Virus record (IMG/VR): IMGVR_UViG_3300030107_001856
Span: 1-55,298 of that record
Direction: 5' to 3' (one strand)
Origin: a virus
Taxonomy: Duplodnaviria > Caudoviricetes
Length of the DNA: 55,298 bases
The position numbers were made by a program, and so were the translations under genes. Below, in pieces: positions 45,335 through 55,298 of this stretch. The notes beneath the pieces were generated by a model. It searched no databases and was not told where the DNA came from. It was given only the letters and a program-made list of their open reading frames with translations. How positions within the stretch are numbered: position 1 is the first letter of the stretch; every line of letters begins with the position of its first letter.

Positions 45335-46573
45335 ATGGTATCAACAATTACAGGCCCAGGATCAGAATTTGTAAACTATGCTATAGATAATCCAGATGTT
45401 CAAAATCATGCTTTAGCAGTTGCAGCTGGAACTGGGGCAATTCAAGGCACTCCAGAATTTGCAACTGCATATAGAAAAGCAATGGTGGAACACGCTGTAA
45501 ATTTTGGAGTAACAGAAGGAAGGGATAATGTTGGGCCTCTTGCTTCTCTTGCAGGTAATTCAGAATTTCCTGATGTACTTCCTCCTCCTCCTCCCCCTGC
45601 TCCACCTGCTGATACCAGTACTGATACAGGTGGTACAGGTGGTACAGGTGGTACAGGTGGTACTGGAGGTACTGGAGGAGAGGATACTGGAGATGTAACA
45701 TCTGCAATAACTACAGCTTTAGCCCCTTTACTAGATAGACTTACAGATATAGAAAGCAATCAAACCTCTCTTATGTCTCCTACAGCAGTAGGAACAGCTA
45801 CTCCTGCACCCACACCAGCTACCGCTACTGATTTAGAACCCGTAACAGAAGATATAGGTGATGTACAGGCAGATACTACTGCAATACGTGGCGATATAGG
45901 CACTAGGGCAGAGGGGCAACCTGCAACTCTTATGGGGCAGACTGCTGGATTAGCACAAGGCCAGACAGACATAACGGGGCGTATTGGTACAGCCCCTACT
46001 ACAGATGCTACATTATTTAGTGGTCAGGAAGGATTAGCCCAAGACCTTACTACCGCGCAACAGGGTATAACAGGGGTACAGGCAGGTATTGGCGAGGCTC
46101 CAGTTGACCCTACAACGGGTGATCCTACAACTTTGTTTCAAGGTCAGGCAGGTCTAATGGCTGGACAGACAGGGCTAACAGGTGCTATAAGTGGCGTAGG
46201 GAGTCAGGCTTCAGCCATAGGTAGCGATTTAACTGCATTGACAAATCAATTAACTAACTTTGAGAACCTGTCAAATGCAGATAGGGCAAATCTTCTATCG
46301 ACATTAAATACTCGCGCCACTGAGTTAAAAGACCTAGCAAACACATATGGCCTACAAACAAATAGAATAGCAGAGCAACTTACAGGAGTACCTGCACCAA
46401 CAGGTATGATGGCACAAGCTGCACCAGTAGCAGGATCTTTACCTGCCGTACTAGCTGCTGAGAGAGCGCAAAATACAGCTACCCAAAACATAAACAGGGG
46501 CCTCATGGATGTAGCTGAACAGGGGCAAGTAGGTGCGCTAGGGCCAGTTACTCCAGACCCAAGGGTGGGCTAA
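45335..46573 (+). CDS. Putative internal virion protein, low complexity
   Basis: N-terminal Y..NPDV...H..FG..EGR module, poly-Pro, (GGT)n, TLFxGQxGL repeats. Confidence 0.65.
   Translation: MVSTITGPGSEFVNYAIDNPDVQNHALAVAAGTGAIQGTPEFATAYRKAMVEHAVNFGVTEGRDNVGPLASLAGNSEFPDVLPPPPPPAPPADTSTDTGGTGGTGGTGGTGGTGGEDTGDVTSAITTALAPLLDRLTDIESNQTSLMSPTAVGTATPAPTPATATDLEPVTEDIGDVQADTTAIRGDIGTRAEGQPATLMGQTAGLAQGQTDITGRIGTAPTTDATLFSGQEGLAQDLTTAQQGITGVQAGIGEAPVDPTTGDPTTLFQGQAGLMAGQTGLTGAISGVGSQASAIGSDLTALTNQLTNFENLSNADRANLLSTLNTRATELKDLANTYGLQTNRIAEQLTGVPAPTGMMAQAAPVAGSLPAVLAAERAQNTATQNINRGLMDVAEQGQVGALGPVTPDPRVG
45625..45678 (+). repeat. 9-bp tandem repeat encoding (TGG)6 peptide linker
   Basis: TACAGGTGG x4 then TACTGGAGG x2. 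Confidence 0.9.
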
Positions 46574-46596
46574 GATAAAAAGAAAGAGAAAGTGAT

Positions 46597-48324
46597 ATGG
46601 CAAGACCACAAATATTTGATCCTAGTTTAGGACAAGAGGGTGAATACCGCAACCTAACTGATGCAGAGATACGTGAGGCAGCAGAAGGTTTAGATGCACC
46701 AGAGGGCGATGGACCTACTCCCATAGATCCTGTAGTACCTGAAGGTGGGCCTACGCCTACTACAAATCCTAATCTATTTAACTTTGATGAAGAAGGTAAT
46801 CCAGTTGTTACCACTGATCCTACTACGGGGCAACAGTCATTTCAGATACGTGGCGATTTATTGGGCGGTGAGATAGTAGATCAGCGACTAGGCGATCCAT
46901 CCGTAAACCCTAACGTTACAACTCAACAGTTAGATACTAGGGCAGTTGCTATAAATCAAGGGTTTCAAGGAACACCTACAGACGCGACTACTCAAGCATT
47001 TATACAGGATGCAGCTGGGCAGAGGGGGCTAGTAGATCCGTTTGGTTATCAAAGTTCTAAAGGTGTACAGACAGATATATCGCAAGACCCAAGCGCAAAT
47101 TTACCATCTGGTGCAAGACTGACCCCAGCAATGATAGATCCTAATGCAACAGGAACAAGTATAGATCGGACAGACCCTGCATTTCAAACTAGGGATCTAG
47201 CAGCAGGACAAACACTAGCAGGTGTAACGGACGCACAACAGGTAGATAGAACTACAACTAACTTAACTACTGCACAAACAGTAGCAGATGCGATAGCGCA
47301 ACAAGACATGGAAGCAGAGCAGTTCTTAAATGACATACGTTTAGTAAGAGCGCAACAGGAACAGGTAGACGAAAGATCCACTGTAAAGGGCCAACTAGGT
47401 ATTATAATGGAGGACTTTGCAGGTGACTCCGTACCACCTTGGGCAGCAAACGCAATACAAGGGGCAGAAAGTATACTGGCTCGTAGAGGTATAACGGCAT
47501 CCAGTGGCGTATATCAAGAGATGCTATTAGAGACTGCACTTAAATCAGGACTACCTTTAGCACAAGCAGATGCACAGATATATGCACAGTTTCAACAACA
47601 AAACCTAAGTAACAGGCAACAGGCAGAAATAACAAACGCAGCAAACTTACTAACTGCTGATATAAAAGAGTTAGATATTAGACAACAGACAGCCGTATTA
47701 AATACACAGAATAGAGTACAGAGCCTATTTACTGATGCATCTGAGATAAATGCATCTCGTAAGTTTAACGCAACCAGTCAAAACCAGACAGATCAATTTT
47801 TCAGTAATTTGCAACAGGCAGTAAATTTAAACAACGCCAGTCAACGAACTGCTATATCTCAATTTAACGCAGGTCAGGCAAATGCTATATCACAATTTAA
47901 TGTAAACACTGCTAGGGCAAAAGATGAGTTCTATTCTAGAAATCAATTAGCAATAGCACAAGCAAACGCTGTATTTAGAAGACAAGTAAATACCGCAAAT
48001 ACCGCAGCCATAAATGCAGCAAACCAGTTTAACGCAACTAATATTCTTAATAGATCTAATACTGCGCTAAATAATCTCGTACAGTTGGCTAGAGATGAGG
48101 CTGATTATATTTATCAGTCTGGTCAAAATGATATGCAGAGGCAAAACAATCTAGCCGTAGCTACATTACAGGCAGAGGCATCTGTTAGAGCTAAAAAAGA
48201 AGGCAGTGGTGGCAGTTTCTTGGGTGCAGCGGGTAGTATACTAGGTAAAGTATTTGCAAATATAGCAGGTACTGAGACTGGTGGTAAGGCAATATTAAAT
48301 AAAATTGGATTTAATATTACATAA
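46597..48324 (+). CDS. Putative DNA ejection/pilot protein
   Basis: STVKGQL..PPWA, NLSNRQQ, Q/N/A-rich QFN repeats, C-terminal Gly-rich amphipathic segment. Confidence 0.65.
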   Translation: MARPQIFDPSLGQEGEYRNLTDAEIREAAEGLDAPEGDGPTPIDPVVPEGGPTPTTNPNLFNFDEEGNPVVTTDPTTGQQSFQIRGDLLGGEIVDQRLGDPSVNPNVTTQQLDTRAVAINQGFQGTPTDATTQAFIQDAAGQRGLVDPFGYQSSKGVQTDISQDPSANLPSGARLTPAMIDPNATGTSIDRTDPAFQTRDLAAGQTLAGVTDAQQVDRTTTNLTTAQTVADAIAQQDMEAEQFLNDIRLVRAQQEQVDERSTVKGQLGIIMEDFAGDSVPPWAANAIQGAESILARRGITASSGVYQEMLLETALKSGLPLAQADAQIYAQFQQQNLSNRQQAEITNAANLLTADIKELDIRQQTAVLNTQNRVQSLFTDASEINASRKFNATSQNQTDQFFSNLQQAVNLNNASQRTAISQFNAGQANAISQFNVNTARAKDEFYSRNQLAIAQANAVFRRQVNTANTAAINAANQFNATNILNRSNTALNNLVQLARDEADYIYQSGQNDMQRQNNLAVATLQAEASVRAKKEGSGGSFLGAAGSILGKVFANIAGTETGGKAILNKIGFNIT

Positions 48325-48336
48325 GGAGATAATATA

Positions 48337-48537
48337 ATGGTGTTACTAAACCCTTTTAGTAGAGTTCCTACAACAGATATAGGAAAAGCACGTAGTATTC
48401 GTGAAAGAAGAAAAGGTACGTTTATGCCTACTATAGTAAACACAAACGAAACTAACAATCCAGCTAGGATATATCAAGAAGAAATAAGGAAGTTGTTACA
48501 AAGTAATAAACTACCGTCAGACATGGGGAGTGTATAA
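48337..48537 (+). CDS. Hypothetical protein
   Basis: AAGGAG SD; in operon. Confidence 0.6.
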   Translation: MVLLNPFSRVPTTDIGKARSIRERRKGTFMPTIVNTNETNNPARIYQEEIRKLLQSNKLPSDMGSV

Positions 48538-48539
48538 TT

Positions 48540-49151
48540 ATGGTAATGGAAGATATGGAATTTGAAGAAACATTTGAATCAGCAATACCTGGTCAATCTT
48601 TGGCTAGGAAAGACGCAGAACTAGGGTCTGTTCCTTTTGAAACACCTGCTGACTTCCCTGATCCTGATGAGTTTTATATGTATCTATATGATAAATTGTT
48701 AAATGACGAAACAAATCTTATGAACATGGTAAAACTTCTTGAGATGGAAATTACAGTAGACGCTATCGTAGAGGGCCTTCTGATGAACTCATTTATGATG
48801 GGGCAAATATCTCCTGATACAGGGGTCATCTTAAAAGAGCCTGTTACGGATATGGTGCTTCTAATAGCGCAAGAGGCTGACATAACTCCAGCTAGAAGAG
48901 ATGATGGGGCCGATATGCAAGATCAAGTGCGTATAGAAGAGGTTCTATCTAAATTGTCTGCTGATGCATCAGGGGAAGAAGATATGCCTATGCAAATGGA
49001 AGAAGACGATGACATGGGTGAACCTTCTGGCATGATGGCTCCACCTGATGGCATGGACGATATGATGGCTATGGACGATATGGGCGAAGAGATGCCAGAG
49101 CAAGAAGAAGAAGAAAACGAGCAGCAACAAACAGCTTTAATGATGGGATAA
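48540..49151 (+). CDS. Acidic virion-associated protein
   Basis: AIPGQSL...PFETP motif; M/D/E-rich tail. Confidence 0.7.
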   Translation: MVMEDMEFEETFESAIPGQSLARKDAELGSVPFETPADFPDPDEFYMYLYDKLLNDETNLMNMVKLLEMEITVDAIVEGLLMNSFMMGQISPDTGVILKEPVTDMVLLIAQEADITPARRDDGADMQDQVRIEEVLSKLSADASGEEDMPMQMEEDDDMGEPSGMMAPPDGMDDMMAMDDMGEEMPEQEEEENEQQQTALMMG

Positions 49152-49155
49152 TACA

Positions 49156-50268
49156 ATGGGGTTAATGTCAGGCTTAAAAGAATTTGGTCAAAACTTTGTG
49201 CTTACAGCAGGTGATACAATTGCTGATAACATAAAGAAAAGAGATGAGCAATACAGAAAAGATGTATTAGATCAATACTCTAGTCTAAAAGCAAATATAA
49301 AAAAGAATAAGGCCATTGATGCAAAACTATATAATACTATGCTTAGTGAAGCAAATAGTTTAGTTGGTCTAGCCCCAAACTTGCCAGATGAATATATAGC
49401 TTATGGGTTGTCCAGCAAAGACAACTATAAGCAACTTTTAAAAACACTACAAGAAGATAGTGAAAGGGGTAAGTCAGGATTTTTTATATCTGAGTGGGCA
49501 GCTAAGAATAACATGGAACCATCAGAAATATACAACCCTAGAAAAAGAGATGTATCTCGTATGGTTCGTAGCCTACGATCTCCTACAGTTATGTCTCAAA
49601 AACCTTCAGCAAAAGTAACTCCTGATACAGATGATACATTACAGACATTAGCTGGTCTTATATTTGGTGGAGCTACTGGCTCAGACAAAGTAATGGAAGC
49701 TGCTGAAGCTAAAATAAGTACTAAGGGTAGAGGTGCATTTGGAAAAAGCGATCTTGATTATGCGTACAGTACACCTACTAGGGGTATAAGTTTGCCAAAT
49801 AAAAATGTTTCTTTAAAAAGAATTATGAAAAGTAGAGATAAAGAAATTATGTTATTTAATAAAATACAAAATAAAGATTTAAAAGTAGCACAAGAATTTA
49901 ATATCTTACCACCTACAGCAGGAGAAGGTGTAGGGATAGAGGTAAACAATGAAAAGGCTAGAGCATTACTAGCTCAACGCTCTGGATTAGATAAAAAACT
50001 AGACGCTGTTTACAGGGCATTTGTGGGCAGTAATGATATGGAATTTACTAATAATATTATTAGAAAACAATTTCCTGTTACAGAAAATATGTCCGATGAA
50101 GAAGAAAAAAATATTGAAAAGTTTAGAAAATATTTATCTGTTTACACCCGAAGAAATTTTGCAGAAGAATTAACATCACTTAGGGTTACATTAGAAGATT
50201 ATGCAAAACAAGCAGTTAAGCCTACTGTAGGTTCTAGCAGTCTACTAACCCCACCAAATTCACAATAA
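49156..50268 (+). CDS. Putative internal virion protein
   Basis: 370 aa in the ejection-protein block. Confidence 0.6.
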   Translation: MGLMSGLKEFGQNFVLTAGDTIADNIKKRDEQYRKDVLDQYSSLKANIKKNKAIDAKLYNTMLSEANSLVGLAPNLPDEYIAYGLSSKDNYKQLLKTLQEDSERGKSGFFISEWAAKNNMEPSEIYNPRKRDVSRMVRSLRSPTVMSQKPSAKVTPDTDDTLQTLAGLIFGGATGSDKVMEAAEAKISTKGRGAFGKSDLDYAYSTPTRGISLPNKNVSLKRIMKSRDKEIMLFNKIQNKDLKVAQEFNILPPTAGEGVGIEVNNEKARALLAQRSGLDKKLDAVYRAFVGSNDMEFTNNIIRKQFPVTENMSDEEEKNIEKFRKYLSVYTRRNFAEELTSLRVTLEDYAKQAVKPTVGSSSLLTPPNSQ

Positions 50269-50279
50269 GGAAAAAATAC

Positions 50280-53200
50280 ATGGTTGAATTAAGCCCTGCT
50301 GACATAGAGCTTCTTAAACAGTTTGATATAGAGAACAAAGAGAGATTACAAGATCCTCTACTTTATACACCAGAAAACATAAGTAAAACAGCGCGAGAAC
50401 AAATAGACGGTAAGACCCCTGAAGAAGAATCAGACGAGGACGTAGGTATTCTTGAAGACGTAGCTCAAGGAACTTTGTACGGATTATCTGAAGGTATTGG
50501 CTCTATGTATGAACTAGGGCAAAGGGCAGGGGATGCAATTGAAGAGGATGTTGTAAATCGTTTCTTTGGAACAGAGTATGATTTTATACAACCCGAAGAG
50601 TATAAGAACACGTTCGATGCACCAAAAACTATGGCAGGTAATTTAGCGTCTGGTGTTAGTCAATTTGGTATAGGAATGATACCTGCTTTTCGTATATTGA
50701 AATTTGGGGGGGGCGTAGCCAAAATGGTAGGCAACTGGGCATCTATGTCTAAAACCCTTACTAAAGGTACAACTAACTTACTAAACTCACAATTAGGAAA
50801 GAGGGCAGTGTCAGTTGCAAAAGGTAAATCTGCTAAAATAGGTGCAGCTGCTGCTGTAGCTGAACAACTTACGTTTGATCCGTATGACCCTAGACTTGGT
50901 GATTTAGCAGCTAGTACTGAAGTACCTATAGTAAAAGATATTGGAGAGTTGCTAAAAGTAAATAAAGATAATCCTGAAATAGTAGAGCGTCTTAAAATGG
51001 CAGCAGAGGGTTTTGGAATAGGTGTAGTTGTAGAAAAAGGCATAGCAGGTGTTACGTTTTTAGGAAGAACAGTTGCATCTAGAGTAGGCAAAAAAACTAA
51101 ATCAGGAAAAATGACAATAGACGACTTAGAAAAATTGTCTACACAAGCAAACCTGCCTAATCAAAAAGATGAAATATTAAATGCTTCTGGTAAATTAAGA
51201 ATAAAAGAAACTTTAGAAAAGAAAGGATATGATTTAGAGTATATAAATAAATATATAGGTTCTATAAATTTAAATAGAATAAACTCATCTCAATGGGAAG
51301 TATACAATCTAATAAATGAAACGGGCAATGCGCTTAAAAGAAAAGCAAAAGAGGCAGGAGAAGAGTGGCCCCCTACAAAAGGTAATAAAAAATCATTAGA
51401 AGAAGCTGCCTCCTTATTAAATCACGATAACGTAGACACTATGCAAAATGTGCTTCTAGAAAACGATTCTCTACTGAAAATAGTTACAGACGGTGACGGG
51501 GCTATACAACTAGGTGCAGGATTAGAGGGGGCAACATCGTATGCGTTAGCTGCAAGACAGATGCTTCTAGATACCGTAGACGTTACATTTGATTTAGCTA
51601 AACAAATAAAAGAAGCAAAAGAAGCAGGTGTGCCAACCACAGATTTAAAAGCTGCGTATGTACAACAACTATTTTCTTTTGAAACTATGCAATCTACCGT
51701 AAACAATATTGCTAACGAGTCAGGTAGATTGATGCAATCTTTCAACGTAAACATAGGTAATACAGCAAAAGCTAGATTTTTATCAGAAATGCTAGAGACA
51801 GCAGGTAAAGATATTGATGAGCTTATAGAAGGGATGACCCGTAACGACATACGAAGCGTAGAGGACAGAATAAAAACATTTAAAAATATGCAGGAAGAAG
51901 GAGGGCCTTTATCTAAAATAAAAAGCGCAATAGGAGAGTATTGGTATAATTCTATTCTGTCTGCTCCTGACACCAATGTTGTTAATACGTTTGGTAACTT
52001 AGGTGTACAACTGGCTAGAACAGCAATAGAAGGAAGTATAGGTGCAACCCGTGGACACTTACGTTTAATGGGATCTAGAGTTACAGGATCAGATATAGAT
52101 CCTTCTACTGTTATGACATTTGGAGATGTTTGGAACAGAATAAAAGGTATGTCTACAGGTAAATTTAGTGGTGGTGAAAAAGCTAAGGTAGGTGCAACTA
52201 TAGACATTTTATCTAAAAGAGGATATAGGCATCCTGTTGTACTAGATGCAATGATATTAAATGTCCAAAGAGGTATGTACAAAGTAAATGGTAAAGTATC
52301 TACTGACTTTGAAGAAGTAGTAAAAAATTACGAAGGGGGTTATCAAGCCTTATATAATGAAAATAAAGATAAGATACTACATGATTATGGAGCATCTGTA
52401 TCTAATATGGGCAAAACAGTAAAACTATTTAAAGAAACTTTTAGAACAGAAGTAGCACCAGATCCTAGATATAGTAGATATGAAATAGGTGAGGCTGCAA
52501 GTAATAGGGCTATACCTACAGTTGTGGGTAGATTTGTTAGATTTCCTACAACCACCATGTCTGCATTTGATACTATGTTTAAATCCATAGCAGATAATGC
52601 TGCTTTATATGAAATTGCATACAAACAAGTAAGAGCTATGAAATATGAAATAGAAAAAAATGGTGGTAGCTACAATATGCAATTAAAAGATGACTATTCA
52701 AAAGTAACAGATAAAAATTTAACGCCACAGACTAGAGCAGTAAAGGTTACTTGGGATGAAAAAAGATTTACATTCCCAGGAATGACAGACAAAGATGACC
52801 CGTTGAATTTGTCAGCATCTGAAATGGTAGAGTATCTTGTGCAAAATCCTACAAAAAGAATGTTAGATGATGCAGAACAGGAAATGTTAGAGGCTACTTT
52901 CCAACAACAAAACTGGGCAACAAAAGCAGGTGAGTCTTTTCGTAGGACATTAAATAAAAGTGGTATAGGTCTAGGAACAGCCCTTATGCCTTTTGTTCGT
53001 ACACCTTTGAATTTACTTGCATATACTTTGGAAAGAACACCTGCTGGTCTATTAAGTAAAGAAGCAATTGATAATAGGGCAGCACTAAAAAGGCTATCTA
53101 AAGTTGATAGAAGCACATTAACAAAAACAGAAGAACGTAGATACAGAGAGTTGCTAAGAAGAGAAGATGCAATAAAAGATAGAAGAATAAATAAACAAAT

Positions 53201-54440
53201 AACTGGTATGACATACCTAACAGGTGCGTATTTTGCAGCACAAACAGGTATGATTACTGGAGGTGGCCCTACTGATTTTACAGAGCGTAAGAGATTAATG
53301 GAATCAGGGTGGAGGCCATACTCTTATGTTATAGATGGCAAATACTATCCAATATCTAGACTAGACCCCTTTTCACAAATTGCAGGTCTTGCAGCAGACT
53401 TTCAATTTATAACAAATGAATTGGCACAAGCAGAACTAACACCTGCTGCAAGAAGAAATGGATACGTGTACGCAAAGTTTGTTTTTACAAAAATGGGTCT
53501 AAACATTATTAACATGATCTCTGACAAAACATACTTAAAAAGTATGGGTGAAATAATGAGTACTTTATACTCTCCTAGAAGAGAAGATCAAGATGCATTT
53601 GATACCGCTATAGCTGCGGTAGCAAAGACAGGCGGTAGTGTATTAGGTGGAGCAGTACCTAACATAGTATCTCGTATGGGAGAAGCATTTGCAGAAGTAA
53701 ATCCTGATGGTACTAAAAAAAGTAATTTCTTTTATGATCCTATAATACAGGATGCATATATAGATATGGATGCATTGCGTTTGTTTGTAATAAAAGCAAC
53801 CTCTAAGATTCCTGGAGTAAGAGAGTATATAGGTGAGGCTGATGAAGATTTAAAATTTTATCCTAGAATAACTGAGTTTGGTTCTACCCTAGATAGAGAA
53901 AGAAGTGCCTCTATATTAGCTGGAACAGAACCTGCCGAAAGATCTGTTATGTCTACTATATTAGGTGATACTTTTATATCAAGACCAGGGCATAGGGAGG
54001 ATACAGCAGACTTATCTGCTACATTAGCATCTCTGCGTATAAAACCAAAAATAACAAAGACTACTATGAAACTTCCTGGGTCTAATAAAACAATGAAAAT
54101 ACATCCACTTGTTTACTACAACCTATCTAAGAAAGAAGGTATTGCATATAGACAAGGGCTAGAGGAGTTATTTGACAGTAGAGTATATAAAAATCTTTTG
54201 AAAGAAGCAAATGATAACCCTAGTAGAAAAGAGGCGGTAGATAACATAAGAAGAGATCTGATAGAAAAAGTAAAATCTACGGTGGTAGCACAGTACAGGG
54301 CAGAACTGTATAATCCTGACGTACTAGAATTTATGGGTGTTACTGATAAAGAAATATTTAATGCTATTGCTGAAGAAAGAACAGTATTGGAAAAACAATA
54401 CTTTCTTAAACAAGCTGAGATGGAAAGGCTACTAAGATGA
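50280..54440 (+). CDS. Large internal virion/ejection protein (gp16-like position)
   Basis: 1386 aa, helical; NSILSAP.T...N, PFVRTP.N, ITGGGP, GWRPYS, RLDPF motifs of podovirus core proteins. Confidence 0.75.
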   Translation: MVELSPADIELLKQFDIENKERLQDPLLYTPENISKTAREQIDGKTPEEESDEDVGILEDVAQGTLYGLSEGIGSMYELGQRAGDAIEEDVVNRFFGTEYDFIQPEEYKNTFDAPKTMAGNLASGVSQFGIGMIPAFRILKFGGGVAKMVGNWASMSKTLTKGTTNLLNSQLGKRAVSVAKGKSAKIGAAAAVAEQLTFDPYDPRLGDLAASTEVPIVKDIGELLKVNKDNPEIVERLKMAAEGFGIGVVVEKGIAGVTFLGRTVASRVGKKTKSGKMTIDDLEKLSTQANLPNQKDEILNASGKLRIKETLEKKGYDLEYINKYIGSINLNRINSSQWEVYNLINETGNALKRKAKEAGEEWPPTKGNKKSLEEAASLLNHDNVDTMQNVLLENDSLLKIVTDGDGAIQLGAGLEGATSYALAARQMLLDTVDVTFDLAKQIKEAKEAGVPTTDLKAAYVQQLFSFETMQSTVNNIANESGRLMQSFNVNIGNTAKARFLSEMLETAGKDIDELIEGMTRNDIRSVEDRIKTFKNMQEEGGPLSKIKSAIGEYWYNSILSAPDTNVVNTFGNLGVQLARTAIEGSIGATRGHLRLMGSRVTGSDIDPSTVMTFGDVWNRIKGMSTGKFSGGEKAKVGATIDILSKRGYRHPVVLDAMILNVQRGMYKVNGKVSTDFEEVVKNYEGGYQALYNENKDKILHDYGASVSNMGKTVKLFKETFRTEVAPDPRYSRYEIGEAASNRAIPTVVGRFVRFPTTTMSAFDTMFKSIADNAALYEIAYKQVRAMKYEIEKNGGSYNMQLKDDYSKVTDKNLTPQTRAVKVTWDEKRFTFPGMTDKDDPLNLSASEMVEYLVQNPTKRMLDDAEQEMLEATFQQQNWATKAGESFRRTLNKSGIGLGTALMPFVRTPLNLLAYTLERTPAGLLSKEAIDNRAALKRLSKVDRSTLTKTEERRYRELLRREDAIKDRRINKQITGMTYLTGAYFAAQTGMITGGGPTDFTERKRLMESGWRPYSYVIDGKYYPISRLDPFSQIAGLAADFQFITNELAQAELTPAARRNGYVYAKFVFTKMGLNIINMISDKTYLKSMGEIMSTLYSPRREDQDAFDTAIAAVAKTGGSVLGGAVPNIVSRMGEAFAEVNPDGTKKSNFFYDPIIQDAYIDMDALRLFVIKATSKIPGVREYIGEADEDLKFYPRITEFGSTLDRERSASILAGTEPAERSVMSTILGDTFISRPGHREDTADLSATLASLRIKPKITKTTMKLPGSNKTMKIHPLVYYNLSKKEGIAYRQGLEELFDSRVYKNLLKEANDNPSRKEAVDNIRRDLIEKVKSTVVAQYRAELYNPDVLEFMGVTDKEIFNAIAEERTVLEKQYFLKQAEMERLLR

Positions 54441-54898
54441 TTACAATATTAGGATCATTAATTGGCTTTGCAGGATCTGCGCTACCAAAAGCCTTCGATA
54501 TGTTCTCTGATTGGCAGGACAGAAAGCATGAACTAGCCATGATGGATCGCCAGATAGAGGCATCTAAGCTACAACACGTACAGAAGATAGAGGCCCTTAA
54601 CATAGAAGCTGACATAAGCGAGAGCAAGGCTTTGTACAAACACGATCAGTCTATGAAGTCAACGGGCTTCATGGCAGGACTGAGAGCCAGTGTAAGGCCA
54701 GTTATAACATACCTGTTCTTCACATTGTTTGCAGTTATTAAAGGCACTGCGCTATACGGACTAATATATACGGATGGCGTTGTATGGGAGATGGCTATCC
54801 AGACACTGTGGGATGAAGAAACGCAGGGCATATTTGCTGCTATCATCTCATTCTGGTTTGGAAGTAGGGCCTTACAAAGATCAAGGAGTAGTTCGTAA
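54437..54898 (+). CDS. Holin, 3TM (GTA-holin-like)
   Basis: QDRKHEL, SVRPVITY, IISFWFGSR. Confidence 0.72.
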   Translation: MITILGSLIGFAGSALPKAFDMFSDWQDRKHELAMMDRQIEASKLQHVQKIEALNIEADISESKALYKHDQSMKSTGFMAGLRASVRPVITYLFFTLFAVIKGTALYGLIYTDGVVWEMAIQTLWDEETQGIFAAIISFWFGSRALQRSRSSS

Positions 54899-55176
54899 TG
54901 ACTGTGAAGAAGGGCAAAGAAACATTTTCTGGTTACAATAAACCAAAGAGGACACCTGACCATCCCACTAAATCCCATGCCGTACTAGCTAGGGAGGGCG
55001 GTAAAGAGAAGCTCATACGCTTTGGACAACAGGGCGTAAAGACTGCTGGTAAACCTAAGAAGGGTGAGTCAGCTAGACAAAAGGCACGAAGGAAATCATT
55101 TAAGGCTAGACATGGTAAGAATATTGCCAAGGGTAAAATGTCAGCTGCATACTGGGCGAACAAAGTAAAATGGTAG
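54898..55176 (+). CDS. Second copy of small basic protein (same locus as 93..371)
   Basis: Identical protein, 8 synonymous SNPs. Confidence 0.85.
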   Translation: MTVKKGKETFSGYNKPKRTPDHPTKSHAVLAREGGKEKLIRFGQQGVKTAGKPKKGESARQKARRKSFKARHGKNIAKGKMSAAYWANKVKW

Positions 55177-55298
55177 AGCAAACAACAAATCAACAAATGG
55201 AAGAAGTGCTTAACGTAACGGGAGATGATCCGCTATCTGATGCAGCTACAAATCAACTAGGGGTTTTTAAAGGGGAGCCTAAAGAAGATCTTAGAAAG
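55170..55298 (+). CDS. Partial allelic variant of the 365..3424 protein N-terminus
   Basis: MVEQTTNQQMEEVLNVTGDDPLSDAATNQLGVFKGEPKEDLRK, versus MVERTTNQQMDELISKMSAVRDTDDP... Confidence 0.8.
   Translation, partial: MVEQTTNQQMEEVLNVTGDDPLSDAATNQLGVFKGEPKEDLRK

Larger units (their letters stand above)
1..55298. mobile_element. Near-complete HMO-2011-type marine podovirus genome (unit length ~54,805 bp, permuted by assembly)
   Basis: Complete set of terminase, portal, capsid, tail, lysis and replication genes; terminal overlap; PolA with DnaJ-type zinc-finger insertion; no host housekeeping genes. Confidence 0.9.
54806..55298 (+). repeat. Right copy of imperfect terminal direct repeat
   Basis: Aligns to 1-508. 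Confidence 0.95.

Noticed and set aside
51422-52282. Long antisense ORFs (also 22863-23510, 36155-36751, 14672-15181, 10468-11022 and others)
   Set aside because: Shadows of real genes on the opposite strand; no SD, no motifs, composition typical of reverse-complement codon bias
1-55298. Alternative genetic code or intron/intein-split genes
   Set aside because: Core genes (PolA, TerL, RNR, portal, MCP) are intact at expected lengths in the standard code with no intein motifs seen

Overview
The window is an essentially complete ~54.8 kb dsDNA podovirus genome, circularly permuted by assembly. An imperfect ~500 bp terminal overlap links 1-508 to 54806-55298. It looks like a marine HMO-2011-type phage: the family A DNA polymerase carries the diagnostic DnaJ-type CxxCxGxG x2 insertion, there is no phage RNA polymerase, and an alphaproteobacterial host is likely (inference). 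The genome has two arms. The minus-strand early/replication arm (~21.2 kb to 6.4 kb) encodes DUF932, a Mom-like protein, MazG, SleB, primase, helicase, PolA, an SSB-like protein, an exonuclease, endonuclease I, a class II RNR and Endo VII. The plus-strand late arm (~21.7 kb through the end, continuing 1-6.2 kb) encodes terminases, portal, scaffold, capsid, tail, three paralogous propeller proteins, ejection proteins, holin, lysozyme and a cluster of small basic proteins. The arms diverge at a promoter- and repeat-rich non-coding region (~21.2-21.75 kb, probable physical ends) and converge on a long hairpin at ~6.2-6.3 kb. Most notable findings: (1) a 57-aa ArfA-like ribosome-rescue gene missed by the ORF track, plus an RMF-like gene and MazG, a possible phage ribosome-control set; (2) three paralogs built on one split scaffold carrying five 7-blade propellers with hypervariable loops and a cupredoxin-like domain; (3) a candidate protease/targeting system pairing the DDIPxxLSEGEYV domain with recurring hydrophobic-x-x-GG motifs; (4) a recurring CC-stem-CUAC RNA motif ahead of the scaffold and capsid genes; (5) terminal copies that come from two haplotypes. 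All family assignments are from motif recognition, not database searches.
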